64,000 nucleotides of DNA from a bacterium. GTDB taxonomy: Bacteria > SAR324 > NAC60-12. The stretch spans positions 4,064,001 through 4,128,000 of the forward strand of contig OZ242383.1 in the NCBI GenBank assembly GCA_965209155.1, written 5' to 3'. Of this stretch, positions 47,844-59,160 are shown piece after piece. Below the pieces are notes generated by a model. That model ran no database searches, was not told the origin of the DNA, and saw only the letters and a list, made by a program, of their open reading frames with translations. A program made the position numbers and the translations under genes. Position 1 is the first letter of the stretch. Each line of letters opens with the position of its first letter.

Positions 47844-50800
47844 TCAATTTTTTCTTTGGCGCAATTCCTGAAAAAGGGCTTGGGCGGGATGCAGGGGTTT
47901 GAAATCATCGAAGCGTTTCACCTGCGTACGACAGGAATAACCCGTTACCAGTGAAAATCGTCTGCTTTCTTCATCTGCCGGGATATATTTTCCCCAACTC
48001 ATCCGGTAAATCCCTTTCGATTCGGCATAATGCTCCACCTCGTGGCCAAAGGTTCCACACATGCCGCAACAACCGAGGGGGGGGATTTCCAATTGCAAAC
48101 CGAAGGCATGATAAATGCGCTGCCATTGTTTCTGAGAATCGAATTCTGCCGTTGTTTCGTGACAATGTCCGAAAAGGCGGTAAGTGGACGCTCCGCCAGC
48201 AGGATGGGACTTTCGAGGTCGTGGAAAAAGCTCACGAAAACGGGGTATTTGAGACGTCAACCACTCCTGCAGCAACTGCACCCGGTAGATGGTCTTTTCC
48301 TGATCGAGGATTTTGGGATATTCATCGCGGTAGGTGAGCACCATACTCGGTTCGATTCCGATAATCGCAATTCCCAGTCGCGTCAGTTTTTCAAGATAGG
48401 CGGAGTTTTTTTTGGCCAACTTGAGAAATTGCGGAAGAAAGCCCTTGAAGTGCAGGGGTTTGCCATTGGCCCGGAAAGGCAGCACGTAGACCACGAAGCC
48501 GAGCATGCGCAACAAATCGTAAATATCCAGAACCAGGGACGGTTCGTAATACGTGGTGAAGACGTCCTGCATTAAAATCACGGAGCGTTCCTTCTCCCCG
48601 GCAGTCAAGCGGGCTAGCTTCGCATAATCGAAAGGAGGCGCATGCCGCTGTCGCAGCCCTTTATTCAATGGAGTCGGGTCGATTCGCGGGACGTCACACA
48701 GACCGATAACCTTCTCCAGAACCATCCGTACCGGGTACCATCGCATGAGTTCGTTGTTCCAGCGCGCCGCGTGCGCTTGCAGGGGGGTCAACCATTCAAT
48801 TCCTGCCACCATATGATCCCGCAATGGTCTGAGATAGCGGGAATGATACAATTCCAGGAACCGGGAGCGAAACTGTGGAACGTCGACATGAATCGGGCAT
48901 TGCACCGCGCAGGCTTTGCATGCCAGGCAACCGGCCATCGCTTCATAGACTTCTTGGGAAAAGTCATACTCACCGCGTCTGAGAGCGAGGGTATTGCGAA
49001 GTCTGCGGAAAAAATGCGTCACCTCGTCGATTTTTTTAATGGAATCCTTGCTTTCCACTACCCCGTGCACACGGTCTCCGGAATTTTTTCGCACATGAGA
49101 CAACAGGCGCAACCACTCCCGCATCATCCCCGCTCTTCCTTTGGGAGAATGAATGCGGTCCCTGGTGACTTTCGAAGAGGGGCACATGACATGGTGAGGG
49201 TCATAATTGAAACAAATGCCGTTTCCGTTGCAGTGGAGGGCGGCATCATATTCCGAACGGAGGGACTGCGGAATCTGGCGGTCGAAATGCCCCCTGAGGG
49301 GGGATTCCAAGGGAAGCACCCGCTCCGGGAGGGAATAAGGGGTGACGATTTTTCCCGGATTCAGTCGATTGCCGGGGTCGAAAGCCTCCTTGATCCTCCT
49401 TAGATCCTGGTAGAGTTCTTTTCCAAAAAAGAGTGGCGAGTATTCACTGCGGAAACCCTGTCCATGTTCGGCCCACATGATACCTCCGTATTTGCGGACC
49501 AGTTTGACCACCTGGTCCGACAAACTGCGGACCAGCGCTTCGTCCTCCAGTTCTTTCAGGTCCAATGCGGGCCGCACATGGAGACAGCCCACGTCCACAT
49601 GGCCGTACATTCCGTATTCCAACCCGTGTTTGTCCAGTAATGCCGTGAATTCGGCAATATAGGCAGCCAGATTTTCCGGTGGGACTGCCGTATCTTCCAC
49701 AAAAGGAAGGGGTCTGCGATTGCCTTGCGTGTTTCCCAAAAGACCTGCTCCTTTTTTCCTCAGATCCCAAAGATGCTTCATTTCCTCCGCATCTCGAGTG
49801 GCGTAATAACCGGTGGCCTTCCCGGAAGATTTCCACCTCCCCTGGAGGGAGGGGGAAATTGTCTGGCACAAGTCGTTCACGCGTCGTTCGAGTTCTCCGA
49901 CATCATTTCCGCTGAATTCCACCAGGTTGATCGAGCGGGTCACCGCCCATTCTTCATCTGCAATGAAATTTCGTACATGGTGATAAATCGCGTCGCCTTT
50001 GGCCAATTCCAGAATTTTTTCATCAATGGTTTCAATGGCTGCCGGCTCGTAGTCGAGTAACGAACGAGCTGCCCGGAGGGCGTCGTGGAAGGACTCGTAT
50101 TTGATGACCAGCAAGTGTTTGTATTTTGGAATCGGCATGAGTTTGAGCCTGGCTTCGCTGAGAGTGACCAGGGTTCCTTCCGAACCGGCCAGCAAATTGT
50201 TTAAATTGAAGCGCTTACCATTTCCCGAATAAACCCCCGCCAGGTTGTAACCGGTCAGAAAACGGCTCATTTTCGGGAATTGTTTCTCGATCTGTTCCGC
50301 TTTTTCGGTGACAATGCTATCCACGACTCGATGGACTCGCCCCACGATGTTGTCCTGCTTCTTCAGCTCAGAGAGTCGCTCCAAACCAATCTCCCGCGTT
50401 TGCCAGAGGGTACCGTCCTCAAAGACGAATGAGAGTTCCAGAATATGGTTGCTGGTCCTGCCATAAATGCGGGATCCTTTGCCGCAGGCATCGGTGCTGA
50501 TCATTCCTCCAAGGGTCGCCCGGTTGCTGGGGGAGAGATTCGGCGCAAAAAAGACGCCGAATTGCTCGAGGTGATCATTCAACTGGTCCAGGACAACTCC
50601 CGGCTGTACGCGTACCCATCTCTCTTGCAAATCGACTTCGAGGATACGATTCATGTGCTTGGAACAATCGATGATAATTCCCGGGGAAAGCGCTTGCCCG
50701 TTGGTGCCGGTGCCCCCTCCCCGGGCCGTGAAATGGAGCCCATGAAAACGCGCTTCCTGCGCCAGGTTGAATAATTGTGAGATATCTTCAGCGGAACGGG

Positions 50801-51059
50801 GAAACACCACCGCTCGTGGGAGAATCTGGTAAATACTGTTGTCGGTCGCCGTCACCAGACGTGTGCCATAGTCGCTACGAATCTCACCAGAAAATGGCGT
50901 TTTTCTCAGTTCCTGCAAAAAGTCCCTATAGACTTTGCCCGCTTGATCATGTTCCGCAGTTTCGAGAGGATTTTCGTCCGATCGATCGACCATTGACGTG
51001 AGAGGGGTTCCATCCGGTCGATCAAAGGATATCGTGGCAGGATGCAATCGTGGGATCAT
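47844..51059 (-). CDS. FAD-binding and Fe-S oxidoreductase (YdiJ / D-2-hydroxyglutarate dehydrogenase-like)
   Basis: ATDNSIYQ, RGGGTGTNGQ, GSEGTL, EHG, CNGNG.C, CLACKAC..QCP and CCGM.G.FG motifs. Confidence 0.92.
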   Translation of the reverse strand: MIPRLHPATISFDRPDGTPLTSMVDRSDENPLETAEHDQAGKVYRDFLQELRKTPFSGEIRSDYGTRLVTATDNSIYQILPRAVVFPRSAEDISQLFNLAQEARFHGLHFTARGGGTGTNGQALSPGIIIDCSKHMNRILEVDLQERWVRVQPGVVLDQLNDHLEQFGVFFAPNLSPSNRATLGGMISTDACGKGSRIYGRTSNHILELSFVFEDGTLWQTREIGLERLSELKKQDNIVGRVHRVVDSIVTEKAEQIEKQFPKMSRFLTGYNLAGVYSGNGKRFNLNNLLAGSEGTLVTLSEARLKLMPIPKYKHLLVIKYESFHDALRAARSLLDYEPAAIETIDEKILELAKGDAIYHHVRNFIADEEWAVTRSINLVEFSGNDVGELERRVNDLCQTISPSLQGRWKSSGKATGYYATRDAEEMKHLWDLRKKGAGLLGNTQGNRRPLPFVEDTAVPPENLAAYIAEFTALLDKHGLEYGMYGHVDVGCLHVRPALDLKELEDEALVRSLSDQVVKLVRKYGGIMWAEHGQGFRSEYSPLFFGKELYQDLRRIKEAFDPGNRLNPGKIVTPYSLPERVLPLESPLRGHFDRQIPQSLRSEYDAALHCNGNGICFNYDPHHVMCPSSKVTRDRIHSPKGRAGMMREWLRLLSHVRKNSGDRVHGVVESKDSIKKIDEVTHFFRRLRNTLALRRGEYDFSQEVYEAMAGCLACKACAVQCPIHVDVPQFRSRFLELYHSRYLRPLRDHMVAGIEWLTPLQAHAARWNNELMRWYPVRMVLEKVIGLCDVPRIDPTPLNKGLRQRHAPPFDYAKLARLTAGEKERSVILMQDVFTTYYEPSLVLDIYDLLRMLGFVVYVLPFRANGKPLHFKGFLPQFLKLAKKNSAYLEKLTRLGIAIIGIEPSMVLTYRDEYPKILDQEKTIYRVQLLQEWLTSQIPRFRELFPRPRKSHPAGGASTYRLFGHCHETTAEFDSQKQWQRIYHAFGLQLEIPPLGCCGMCGTFGHEVEHYAESKGIYRMSWGKYIPADEESRRFSLVTGYSCRTQVKRFDDFKPLHPAQALFQELRQRKN

Positions 51060-51134
51060 GAGACCCCACTTTCCCAAAGGCGATTCTAAATCTCGCCGGC
51101 TATATTCTTGTGAATTTTTTATCAAAACGTGACC

Positions 51135-52571
51135 TCAACGTCGCAGGGCATGAAATTTTTCCACCCACTTGAGCAGGGTGTTGGGAACATGGGCTTTTTT
51201 CCACTCGCTGGCCGCATATTTCGCGGCTTCGGAGAAGGTGGGATAGGGATGAATGGTTGCCAATATCTTATTCAAACCCAATCCATGCTTCATGGCCAGG
51301 ATGAATTCCGCCAGCAAATCCCCCGCGTGGGAACCACAAATCGTCGCCCCCAGGATGCGATCTTTTCCGGGAGGGGTGATCACCTTGACCATTCCCCGGT
51401 CTTCCCGGTCCGTGATAGCCCGGTCCAGGTCGTCCAGACCGTAACGTGTTACTTCGTGCGGGATTTTTCTTTCCCTGGCTTCACCTTCACTCAATCCGAC
51501 CCGCGCCACCTCGGGATCCGTATACGTACACCAGGGTACAACGGAATAGTCCACTTTGAATTTCTTGAAGGGATGCAACAGGGCATTGATCGCGCAATAC
51601 CATGCCTGGTGACCGGCCATGTGGGTGAACTGGTAAGGTCCTGCCACGTCGCCACATGCGTAAATATTGGATATGTTGCTGCGTAAATATGAATCCACTC
51701 GAATGGTCCCGTTCGGATTCAGTTCGACACCCAATTCTTCCAGGCCAAAACCGGCCGTATTGGCCCTGCGACCCGTGGCTACGAGCACCCGGTCGAAGGA
51801 CAAACTGGCTTCCCTGCCATCTCTCTGGTAGACCGCCCGGGCCTGCTGCGCCTCTTTTTCAAAGCGGATCAATTGCACTTCCGTCAACACCTCGACCTCA
51901 TCTTTTTTGAAAGCATCCTGTACGAATCGGACAACGTCGGGATCTTCCCTGGGCAAGATTGTGGATTGAGATTGCATGACCGTAACCTGGGATCCCAGTC
52001 GACTGAAAGCCTGGGCCAGTTCGCAACCGATGGGACCTCCTCCCACCACCAAGAGGCGTTTCGGCTGTTCCCGGATTTCCCACAAATTGTCGGAGTGTAA
52101 ATAATCCAGGTTTTCAACTCCCGGTACCGGAGGAATGAAAGGTCGGGCTCCGGTTGCCACTACGATGTTTCGGGTCGTCAATCTCCGTTCCCCCACCTGC
52201 ACTTCATGAGGAGAAAGAATACTGGCTTCTCCCTGGAAACAATCCACCCCCAATGAAGTATAGCGCTCCACGCTGTCGTGGGGCTCGATTTTACGGATGA
52301 TGTCTTGAATGCGTTCCATCACCTGGGCGAAATTGACCTGGTATTTCACGTCTTTCAGACCGTATTCCGCATGTTGCTTCAAGGTCTTGGCAACCCGGGC
52401 GCTTTTGATCAAAGATTTACTGGGGACGCACCCGGTGTTCAGGCAATCTCCCCCCATCTTGTGCCTCTCGATCAATGCCACTTTGGCTTTGGTCACTGCC
52501 CCGATCAACGAGGTGACCAGTCCTGCAGACCCGGCTCCAATGACAATCATGTTGTAATCATATTTCCCCAC
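51135..52571 (-). CDS. FAD-dependent pyridine nucleotide-disulfide oxidoreductase (LpdA/MerA superfamily)
   Basis: GAGSAG, GGDCLNTGCVPSK, GGGPIG and HPYPT motifs; no C-terminal Cys-Cys. Confidence 0.92.
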   Translation of the reverse strand: MGKYDYNMIVIGAGSAGLVTSLIGAVTKAKVALIERHKMGGDCLNTGCVPSKSLIKSARVAKTLKQHAEYGLKDVKYQVNFAQVMERIQDIIRKIEPHDSVERYTSLGVDCFQGEASILSPHEVQVGERRLTTRNIVVATGARPFIPPVPGVENLDYLHSDNLWEIREQPKRLLVVGGGPIGCELAQAFSRLGSQVTVMQSQSTILPREDPDVVRFVQDAFKKDEVEVLTEVQLIRFEKEAQQARAVYQRDGREASLSFDRVLVATGRRANTAGFGLEELGVELNPNGTIRVDSYLRSNISNIYACGDVAGPYQFTHMAGHQAWYCAINALLHPFKKFKVDYSVVPWCTYTDPEVARVGLSEGEARERKIPHEVTRYGLDDLDRAITDREDRGMVKVITPPGKDRILGATICGSHAGDLLAEFILAMKHGLGLNKILATIHPYPTFSEAAKYAASEWKKAHVPNTLLKWVEKFHALRR

Positions 52572-52595
52572 TTCGACCTCTAACGAAAAAAATTA

Positions 52596-52623
52596 TTGAA
52601 TCAATCGATCAATGTGTTATAAA
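52596..52623 (+). promoter_or_regulatory. Candidate sigma70 promoter of rpsU
   Basis: TTGAAT-16 bp-TATAAA with an extended TGn. Confidence 0.4.
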
Positions 52624-52669
52624 GGTAGTTTGTCTGATACTGAATAATAACCTGTACTCAAAAAAAATT

Positions 52670-52888
52670 ATGCCCGTTGTTGTCCAAGTCAGAGATGGAA
52701 ATGTAGGAAAGTCTCTGATGCAACTCAAGCGTACCCTGATCAAGGAAGGATTGTTCAAGGAACTCAAAAAACGCAAATTTTACGTCAAGCCGTCCTTAGC
52801 CAGAAAATTGAAGCGCGAAGCAGCAGAAAAGCAACGCAACAAGGATTTGAAACGAGAAATTCGCGCTGCTTTGAAGGCGGACTTTTAA
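52670..52888 (+). CDS. rpsU: 30S ribosomal protein S21
   Basis: Small basic protein with KELKKRKFYVKPS. Confidence 0.93.
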   Translation: MPVVVQVRDGNVGKSLMQLKRTLIKEGLFKELKKRKFYVKPSLARKLKREAAEKQRNKDLKREIRAALKADF

Positions 52889-53412
52889 CTATAAATCGTG
52901 TTTTCGTCGAGAGGACGCTCTTTTAAGAAGTAGCAAAACGCCGACTTCCCGAAGAGCGTTTCGCATAGAAAATCAGAGCAAGGGAGAATGGGTACTTTGA
53001 CCCATTTCTCTAATGATCGTTGCCCTTTACCTTTGCGCAAGATAAAATTTCAATTACGTCGACCTAAAGGGCGTTGATTTTATCCAACACTTCATTTTCC
53101 TCAGGAAAGCGTCCGGACTGTTTTTTGGAAAAAATCAGGTTTTCGTCCACTTTTACTTCAAATACGCCTCCATTGGAACTAACGAGATTTGCTTCCACTC
53201 CGAATTTTTCTTTCAATTCTGCAGCCAAACTGGATGCACGGGGTAAATAGTTTCAAGAACTGCAATATTCGATTTCAATTTTCATGCCTTCTCCTTTGTC
53301 CAAAGTTGTTTGCAAAAAGGGATGGGGTTACCCCCAAAAACAAGATTCACGGATCGGATGAACCGGGATATCTTCCAGTCTTCAGGTACTTTATTATATC
53401 GAATTCAAATAA

Positions 53413-54780
53413 ATGTCGAAATCTTTTCCTATCTATGAATCCCATTGTCCCATTCATGGGATAATCGGATTCAACGAAAAAGAACGACGGATAATCGATC
53501 ATCCCTACTTCCAACGGTTGCGTCACATTTCTCAATTGGGGTTTGCCAATTTTGTTTATACGGGTGCCACGCATTCCCGTTTTGCGCATTCGCTGGGCGT
53601 GATGCACCTGGCAGGGAGAATTTTTGACCGGATCGTTGCAGTAGAGCATACCTGGCTTGCCGGGTTATTCAATGAGGAGGATTGGTCCTATTTACGACAA
53701 CTGGTGCGGCTGGCGGCGTTGTTACATGACGTGGGACACGCTCCATTTTCCCATTCTTCCGAGTCAACGCTCCCTCCTAAAAGCGCGCTCGAATTGCCTG
53801 TTGAATGGTATCAATCGATTTGCAGTGAAAACCAAGCCAGCCATGAAGATTTTTCGGTGGCAATCATTTATGCCATGGCCCGCGAATCCAAACCTCTCTT
53901 CTCCCTGGAGGAAGCCCGGGACATTTGTTCCTTGATTGACGCTAATATTTCGGTTTCCCCGGCATTTCTGCAACGTGGCAAAACCACTGCGGATCATTCA
54001 CAAAATCGACAAGCCGCAAACATTCACCCACTGCTCAAGCAAATCATCAGCGGGGAAATCGATGCGGATCGCATGGATTATCTTTTACGTGACTCTTATT
54101 ATACGGGTGTGAGTTACGGCAAGTTCGACCTGGACCACCTGGTGCGTTCATTGTCCTGCGTCCGGACTGAAGCAGGTATCGTTTTGGTTTTGAATTACAA
54201 TGCCCTGCATGCTTTCGAAGATTTCCTGATGGCCCGTTTGCACATGTTCATGCAGGTTTATCTTCACAAGACCCTGCTGCCCTTCGATTATTATCTATCC
54301 CGGGCCCTGCAGGAAAAAGAAATAGATTTCAGCATCACCGGAGCATTGGATAATTTCTTGAAAGCGCGCGAAGATCACATTCTTGCGGCGCTACACGAAG
54401 CGCAGCATCGAAAATGGTCTTCTCGCATCGTATTTCGAAAACCGGCCAAACGTTTGTTTCAGTTTGAGCATTACCATCCACCTGAACTGAAGCAACAAGT
54501 GATGGAACGGTTACGACAGGAAGATATAGAAAACTTGTTCCTCCGCTCCTCTCCCTATCTTTCCTTGCTCTCCCCTCGAGAGCAATCGAAACAGCAACCT
54601 TTGCTACTGAAAAACAACGTCTTGGGAAAACCGCAGTATCTTCCTGTTCACAAAGCATCGCTCCTGCTGGAGCAATACCATCGTACGGCTGATTTGCAAT
54701 ATCTTTATTGCGAAGTGGAAGACTATCCAAGAGCTTGTGAAGTGCTGGTGCCGCTATTGTTGGATAAAGAATTCATTTGA
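53413..54780 (+). CDS. HD-domain phosphohydrolase (dNTPase/SAMHD1-like)
   Basis: FQRLRHISQLG, HSRFAHSLG, LLHDVGHAPFSH and DADRMDYLLRD motifs. Confidence 0.92.
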   Translation: MSKSFPIYESHCPIHGIIGFNEKERRIIDHPYFQRLRHISQLGFANFVYTGATHSRFAHSLGVMHLAGRIFDRIVAVEHTWLAGLFNEEDWSYLRQLVRLAALLHDVGHAPFSHSSESTLPPKSALELPVEWYQSICSENQASHEDFSVAIIYAMARESKPLFSLEEARDICSLIDANISVSPAFLQRGKTTADHSQNRQAANIHPLLKQIISGEIDADRMDYLLRDSYYTGVSYGKFDLDHLVRSLSCVRTEAGIVLVLNYNALHAFEDFLMARLHMFMQVYLHKTLLPFDYYLSRALQEKEIDFSITGALDNFLKAREDHILAALHEAQHRKWSSRIVFRKPAKRLFQFEHYHPPELKQQVMERLRQEDIENLFLRSSPYLSLLSPREQSKQQPLLLKNNVLGKPQYLPVHKASLLLEQYHRTADLQYLYCEVEDYPRACEVLVPLLLDKEFI

Positions 54781-55652
54781 CATGTATCATGGAGATTCAA
54801 ACTCCTGCAAAAATCAACACGCAGCTCCACATTTTAAGAAAACGCGAGGATGGCTATCACGAATTGCTGACCCACCTCGTACCAATCGCCCTGTACGACA
54901 CCATCACCCTCAGTACGAATAAAAATCAAGGTATCCGACTCCAACTCGATGGTCTGGATTGTGGGGATGAAAAGGACAACCTGATCATCAAGGCAGCCCG
55001 AGCATTTGAAGTCCGGACCGGTCTTGAAATTCATAGGGATTTTCATCTTTTCAAACGAATTCCCGCAGGAGCGGGATTGGGAGGTGGCAGCGGAAACGCA
55101 GCGGGCGTATTGCATGCCCTGAACACCCTCCACCATCATCCTCTGAAAATGCGGGAATTGAAAAAAATCGCGATGACCCTGGGTTCGGACGTACCTTTCT
55201 TTATGGATCCCCGACCCTGTGAAGCACAAGGGAGAGGCGAACAATTGCGTCCTTTACCAGGATATCCTTCCTTTTTTTTGCTTCTCATCAAACCTCCCTT
55301 TGCCATTTCAACCGCGGAGGCTTACCGTCGTTGCCATCCCTCACCATCACTGGAAAGGATGCGGTCGCATCAAAGCAATACTATTGATTCTATTGAACGG
55401 CTCACGAATACTCTATACAATCGTTTTGAAAAAACGCTTTTTATTGATTTCCCCGAGTTGGCAGTCATCAAACAGAAACTCCTGCGGTATGGTGCAGTTG
55501 CTGCATTGGTAAGTGGGAGTGGTTCTACCGTTTTTGGAGTTTTTTCAGAAGAAGCCCACCTGAAGCGTGCCCGTCAACGAATTGCCCGGGAACGATTGGG
55601 AGACGTGCTCTGTTCCAGAACTCTGAAGCACCACCGGTATTTTTCTCTTTGA
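54777..55652 (+). CDS. ispE: 4-diphosphocytidyl-2-C-methyl-D-erythritol kinase
   Basis: PAKIN, REDGYHEL, KRIPAGAGLGGGS, LGSDVPFF and SGSGS motifs. Confidence 0.95.
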   Translation: MTCIMEIQTPAKINTQLHILRKREDGYHELLTHLVPIALYDTITLSTNKNQGIRLQLDGLDCGDEKDNLIIKAARAFEVRTGLEIHRDFHLFKRIPAGAGLGGGSGNAAGVLHALNTLHHHPLKMRELKKIAMTLGSDVPFFMDPRPCEAQGRGEQLRPLPGYPSFFLLLIKPPFAISTAEAYRRCHPSPSLERMRSHQSNTIDSIERLTNTLYNRFEKTLFIDFPELAVIKQKLLRYGAVAALVSGSGSTVFGVFSEEAHLKRARQRIARERLGDVLCSRTLKHHRYFSL

Positions 55653-55691
55653 ATCAATTATTGCTTTTCACCCAATAAAGTATACGGAACC

Positions 55692-56369
55692 ATGTATCTA
55701 CAGCAGAATCGATTGGTAGGTCTTCCGCTTTCAAAAATCCTTTGGATTTCATTTTTCATTATTCTTTCCTTGGGCCTGGAAGCATGTCGCTCCACAAGCC
55801 CCCGCACTACCAAACAGACTGTCTGGACTCAAAAAAATGCGCGAATCAATAAATTTTTGAAAATCTATGGGGGTAAATCAAACCCGACGGTCATGCTCTC
55901 TTTGAAACGGGCAAAGCCTTACTTGCCTTATATTCATAAGGAATTGAAAAAAAGGAATCTCCCACCGGAGTTGGCATTTTTGCCAATGCTGGAATCCGCA
56001 TTCGACCCAAGAGCCAAATCGCACACGGGTGCGACGGGGATGTGGCAATTTACCAAGGCCACGGCCAAGGATTATGGATTGCGAGTGGGGTGGTTCAGGG
56101 ATGAACGGCTGAATTGGAAAAAATCGACCCGAGCGGCCCTGACCTACCTGGACTGGTTGAGAAAAAAATTCAATAACGACTGGGAATTGGCGTTGGCGGC
56201 CTACAACGGAGGACCAGGCTATATCGAACGATCCATGAAAAAACAAGGGACTGGAAATTATTGGAAATTAAAATTGCGGAAAGAAACTTATGAGTATGTT
56301 CCCAAATTAATTGCCATGCTTCAAGTGGCCCGCAAGAAGTACCCCCATCTTTATAAACTGGATACTTGA
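55692..56369 (+). CDS. Lytic transglycosylase (SLT/MltD-like), possible lipoprotein
   Basis: LES, GMWQF, ALAAYNGG and ET.EYVPK motifs. Confidence 0.92.
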   Translation: MYLQQNRLVGLPLSKILWISFFIILSLGLEACRSTSPRTTKQTVWTQKNARINKFLKIYGGKSNPTVMLSLKRAKPYLPYIHKELKKRNLPPELAFLPMLESAFDPRAKSHTGATGMWQFTKATAKDYGLRVGWFRDERLNWKKSTRAALTYLDWLRKKFNNDWELALAAYNGGPGYIERSMKKQGTGNYWKLKLRKETYEYVPKLIAMLQVARKKYPHLYKLDT

Positions 56370-56390
56370 AAAGTCCGGTCAACGCCTTCG

Positions 56391-56861
56391 TCATACGGAA
56401 GGAATCTTTTTAAGGAGGTTCACCATTTCAATGGCGCTGAGCGTGGCCTCTGCGCCTTTGTTGCCGGATTTGGATCCCGCTCGTTCAATCGCCTGTTCTA
56501 TTGAATCGGTGGTAAGCACGCCAAATGCAATGGGAACCTGATTCTGCAATGCCAGGGAGGCGATTCCCTTTGCCGATTCGGAACAAATATAATCAAAATG
56601 AGGGGTGGCCCCACGGATCACAGCGCCCAAACACACAATCGCGTCATAGTGGTTGGCCTGAGCGAGTTTCTGGGCCGCCAATGGAATTTCAAAGGCGCCG
56701 GGCACTTTGACTACCGTGACCTGGGCCTCATTGCCGCCATGCTGGTAAAAGCAATCCAAGGCTCCACGCAATAAATTTTCGGTGATCACTCCATTGAATC
56801 TCGACACCACGAATGCCATCTTTAACTCATTGGCGATCAATGCGCCTTCAATGTTCTTCAT
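56391..56861 (-). CDS. ribH: 6,7-dimethyl-8-ribityllumazine synthase
   Basis: [24 protein letters not shown] and GNKG motifs. Confidence 0.96.
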   Translation of the reverse strand: MKNIEGALIANELKMAFVVSRFNGVITENLLRGALDCFYQHGGNEAQVTVVKVPGAFEIPLAAQKLAQANHYDAIVCLGAVIRGATPHFDYICSESAKGIASLALQNQVPIAFGVLTTDSIEQAIERAGSKSGNKGAEATLSAIEMVNLLKKIPSV

Positions 56862-56934
56862 TTGAATCTCTCCCGGAAAAATACGGACTGTTCACCAACT
56901 TGCCGATTGTCTCCGACAACTGAATGACGAATAA

Positions 56935-57288
56935 TCAAAAACTCACGCTTTTCTGTTTCTCTGAATGACAGAGTGCGCAGGTACAAATTTCTCTCAAGAA
57001 TTTAAAAGAGTATAATCCGGTATTGTGTCCGTCACTCCAGTTGATCCGTAAAGCATAATTGCCGATGTATTCGGACTGCCGAATACGAATATCGGAGGGA
57101 ATGTCAGTCGTCCTCAATGTCTTTTCTCCCGTCATTTCATCCACGCAACTGGCGCATGGACACATGTCACGCAACCTGAAAAACGGGTAACGACTCTCGT
57201 GCCCGTCTCTCCAGAGAATGTATAAATCATTTTGAACCAGAATTGTTTCAGGCTTTCGACGTTTGATGGGATTCGACATTCGATTCAA
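56935..57288 (-). CDS. DUF971 / GBBH-like N-terminal domain protein
   Basis: W.DGH, LRDMCPCASC and GNYALRINWSDGHNTGLY motifs. Confidence 0.9.
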   Translation of the reverse strand: MNRMSNPIKRRKPETILVQNDLYILWRDGHESRYPFFRLRDMCPCASCVDEMTGEKTLRTTDIPSDIRIRQSEYIGNYALRINWSDGHNTGLYSFKFLREICTCALCHSEKQKSVSF

Positions 57289-57515
57289 AAAATGACGATG
57301 CGATTGTATCTAAAACATTTTGTAAAGTCTCTCACAAAACCACACACCTGAAAAGAAAAAAAAGAGTATATACCCAGTCGCATTTCCAGATTGAGAGGAC
57401 CGAGGTGAATGAGTTTTGACAAATTCTGGTATTCAAGGTATAGCATGTTCTCGAGAACAGAAGAATCAACGCATTATCGACTGACCTCAGAAGTTTTGAC
57501 CAAATAGCGAAAGCA

Positions 57516-58130
57516 GTGATGACTCCCAAGGAACGATTGTGTCAGCGTTGGAAGCGATCCCGCATCGTCACCAGTGAAAGGGTTCTGTCCGCTTTCATGC
57601 AAGTGGCTCGTGAAAATTTCGTACAAGCGGATTCCATCGAGTTGGCTTACCAGGACCATCCCCTTCCCATTGGATATGAGCAAACCATTTCACAGCCTAT
57701 GACCGTACTGGTGATGATACAACTGCTGGAAGTCGAAAAAAATCACAAAGTTTTGGAAATTGGTGCAGGAAGCGGGTATAATGCAGCCATCCTTTCCGTA
57801 CTGGGACAATACGTCTATTCCCTGGAAATGATTCCTCAATTGGTGGCCTTTGCCAAACAGAATATTTCCCGCAGCGACATTAAAAATGTCGAAGTCCTGC
57901 AACATGACGGCAAACATGGATACGTCGTTGCCGCTCCTTTTGATCGTATCATTGTGACTGCGGCTGCATCCACAATTCCTGAAAAATTGCTGGAACAATT
58001 GGCGGACAACGGCATTTTGGTCATTCCAGTGGGCGATCCCTATGGATGTGAAATGCTCAAAATCCGTAAACAGGGCCTGGAATTCAAAACCAGCAAACAT
58101 GGTTTGTTTTCTTTTGTTCCTTTAGTTTGA
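57516..58130 (+). CDS. pcm: Protein-L-isoaspartate O-methyltransferase
   Basis: QTISQP, VLEIGAGSGY, APFDRIIVTA and FVPL motifs. Confidence 0.95.
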   Translation: MMTPKERLCQRWKRSRIVTSERVLSAFMQVARENFVQADSIELAYQDHPLPIGYEQTISQPMTVLVMIQLLEVEKNHKVLEIGAGSGYNAAILSVLGQYVYSLEMIPQLVAFAKQNISRSDIKNVEVLQHDGKHGYVVAAPFDRIIVTAAASTIPEKLLEQLADNGILVIPVGDPYGCEMLKIRKQGLEFKTSKHGLFSFVPLV

Positions 58131-58161
58131 AACATATTTATCAATCTCATTTTCAATTGTC

Positions 58162-59160
58162 GTGATGAAAGGCGTTATTCTCGCAGCAGGCTATGCGACT
58201 CGTTTCCTTCCAGCTTCCAAAACCATCCCCAAAGAAATGTTTCCACTGGTGGACATCCCGGTGATCGATTTCATTGTGCGGGAAATGGTCACCTCCGGAA
58301 TTCGGGATATTTTAGTGGTTTCCTCCCGGAGGAAAAAAACCCTGGAAGACTATTTTGACCGGGAAGTCGAATTGGCTACCAGTTTTGCCCAATCGAATGA
58401 ACTGGAAAAGCTGGAGCGGATTCAACCCATTGACGTCAATATATTTACGATGCGCCAACAATACATGTTGGGAACCGGAAACGCTCTCATGCTGGTAGAA
58501 CCCTTCGTTGCGAACGAGCCTTTTGTGGTGGCTTACCCGGACGACATTATTTTTGATACTCCACCTTTATCCAGGCAACTGATCGATGCTTACCACAAAA
58601 CCGGAGACACGATCCTGGCAGTGCAGGAAGTCAGCGCTCACGACCTTTCTCGATACGGTGTCATTGAACCGGAAGGGAGTGGTTCTTTGCTCAAGGTACG
58701 TCAAATGGTGGAAAAACCCATAGCGGGAACCGAACCCAGCCACTTTGTTTCCTATGGACGATACCTGTACACTCCCGAAATTTTCGACGTCCTCCGAGAA
58801 ACCGGGAGAAACCACTACCAAAAAGAAGGTTTTCCACTCGATCGAGAACACGATACTTCGCGAAAATCCCAATCCGACCCACCAAACACCACTGTGAAAG
58901 AGTTCACCCAAACCGACGCCTTGAATGCGCTTGCCAGAAAAGGTCGGGTGTCCGCAGTTCACTTTCGAGGAGAGCGTTTTGACGTGGGGGAGCCCTTGGG
59001 TTACGTACAAACTGCAATCAAACTGGCTTTGCGACGTCAGGAGTTTCGTCAACCCCTGTTAGTCTTTCTCAGGCAAGTGCTCAGGGATGAAGAGACAGTC
59101 GAGCAATGTGACAAAGAAATGACGCAGTCGGAATCTCGGGAGGCGACCCGTGAGAAATAA
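58162..59160 (+). CDS. galU: UTP--glucose-1-phosphate uridylyltransferase
   Basis: AAGYATRFLPASKTIPKEM, LGTG.A, VEKP and GRY motifs. Confidence 0.88.
   Translation: MMKGVILAAGYATRFLPASKTIPKEMFPLVDIPVIDFIVREMVTSGIRDILVVSSRRKKTLEDYFDREVELATSFAQSNELEKLERIQPIDVNIFTMRQQYMLGTGNALMLVEPFVANEPFVVAYPDDIIFDTPPLSRQLIDAYHKTGDTILAVQEVSAHDLSRYGVIEPEGSGSLLKVRQMVEKPIAGTEPSHFVSYGRYLYTPEIFDVLRETGRNHYQKEGFPLDREHDTSRKSQSDPPNTTVKEFTQTDALNALARKGRVSAVHFRGERFDVGEPLGYVQTAIKLALRRQEFRQPLLVFLRQVLRDEETVEQCDKEMTQSESREATREK

Noticed and set aside
51135..52571. Mercuric reductase merA
   Set aside because: No C-terminal Cys-Cys pair, no NmerA domain and no mer genes.
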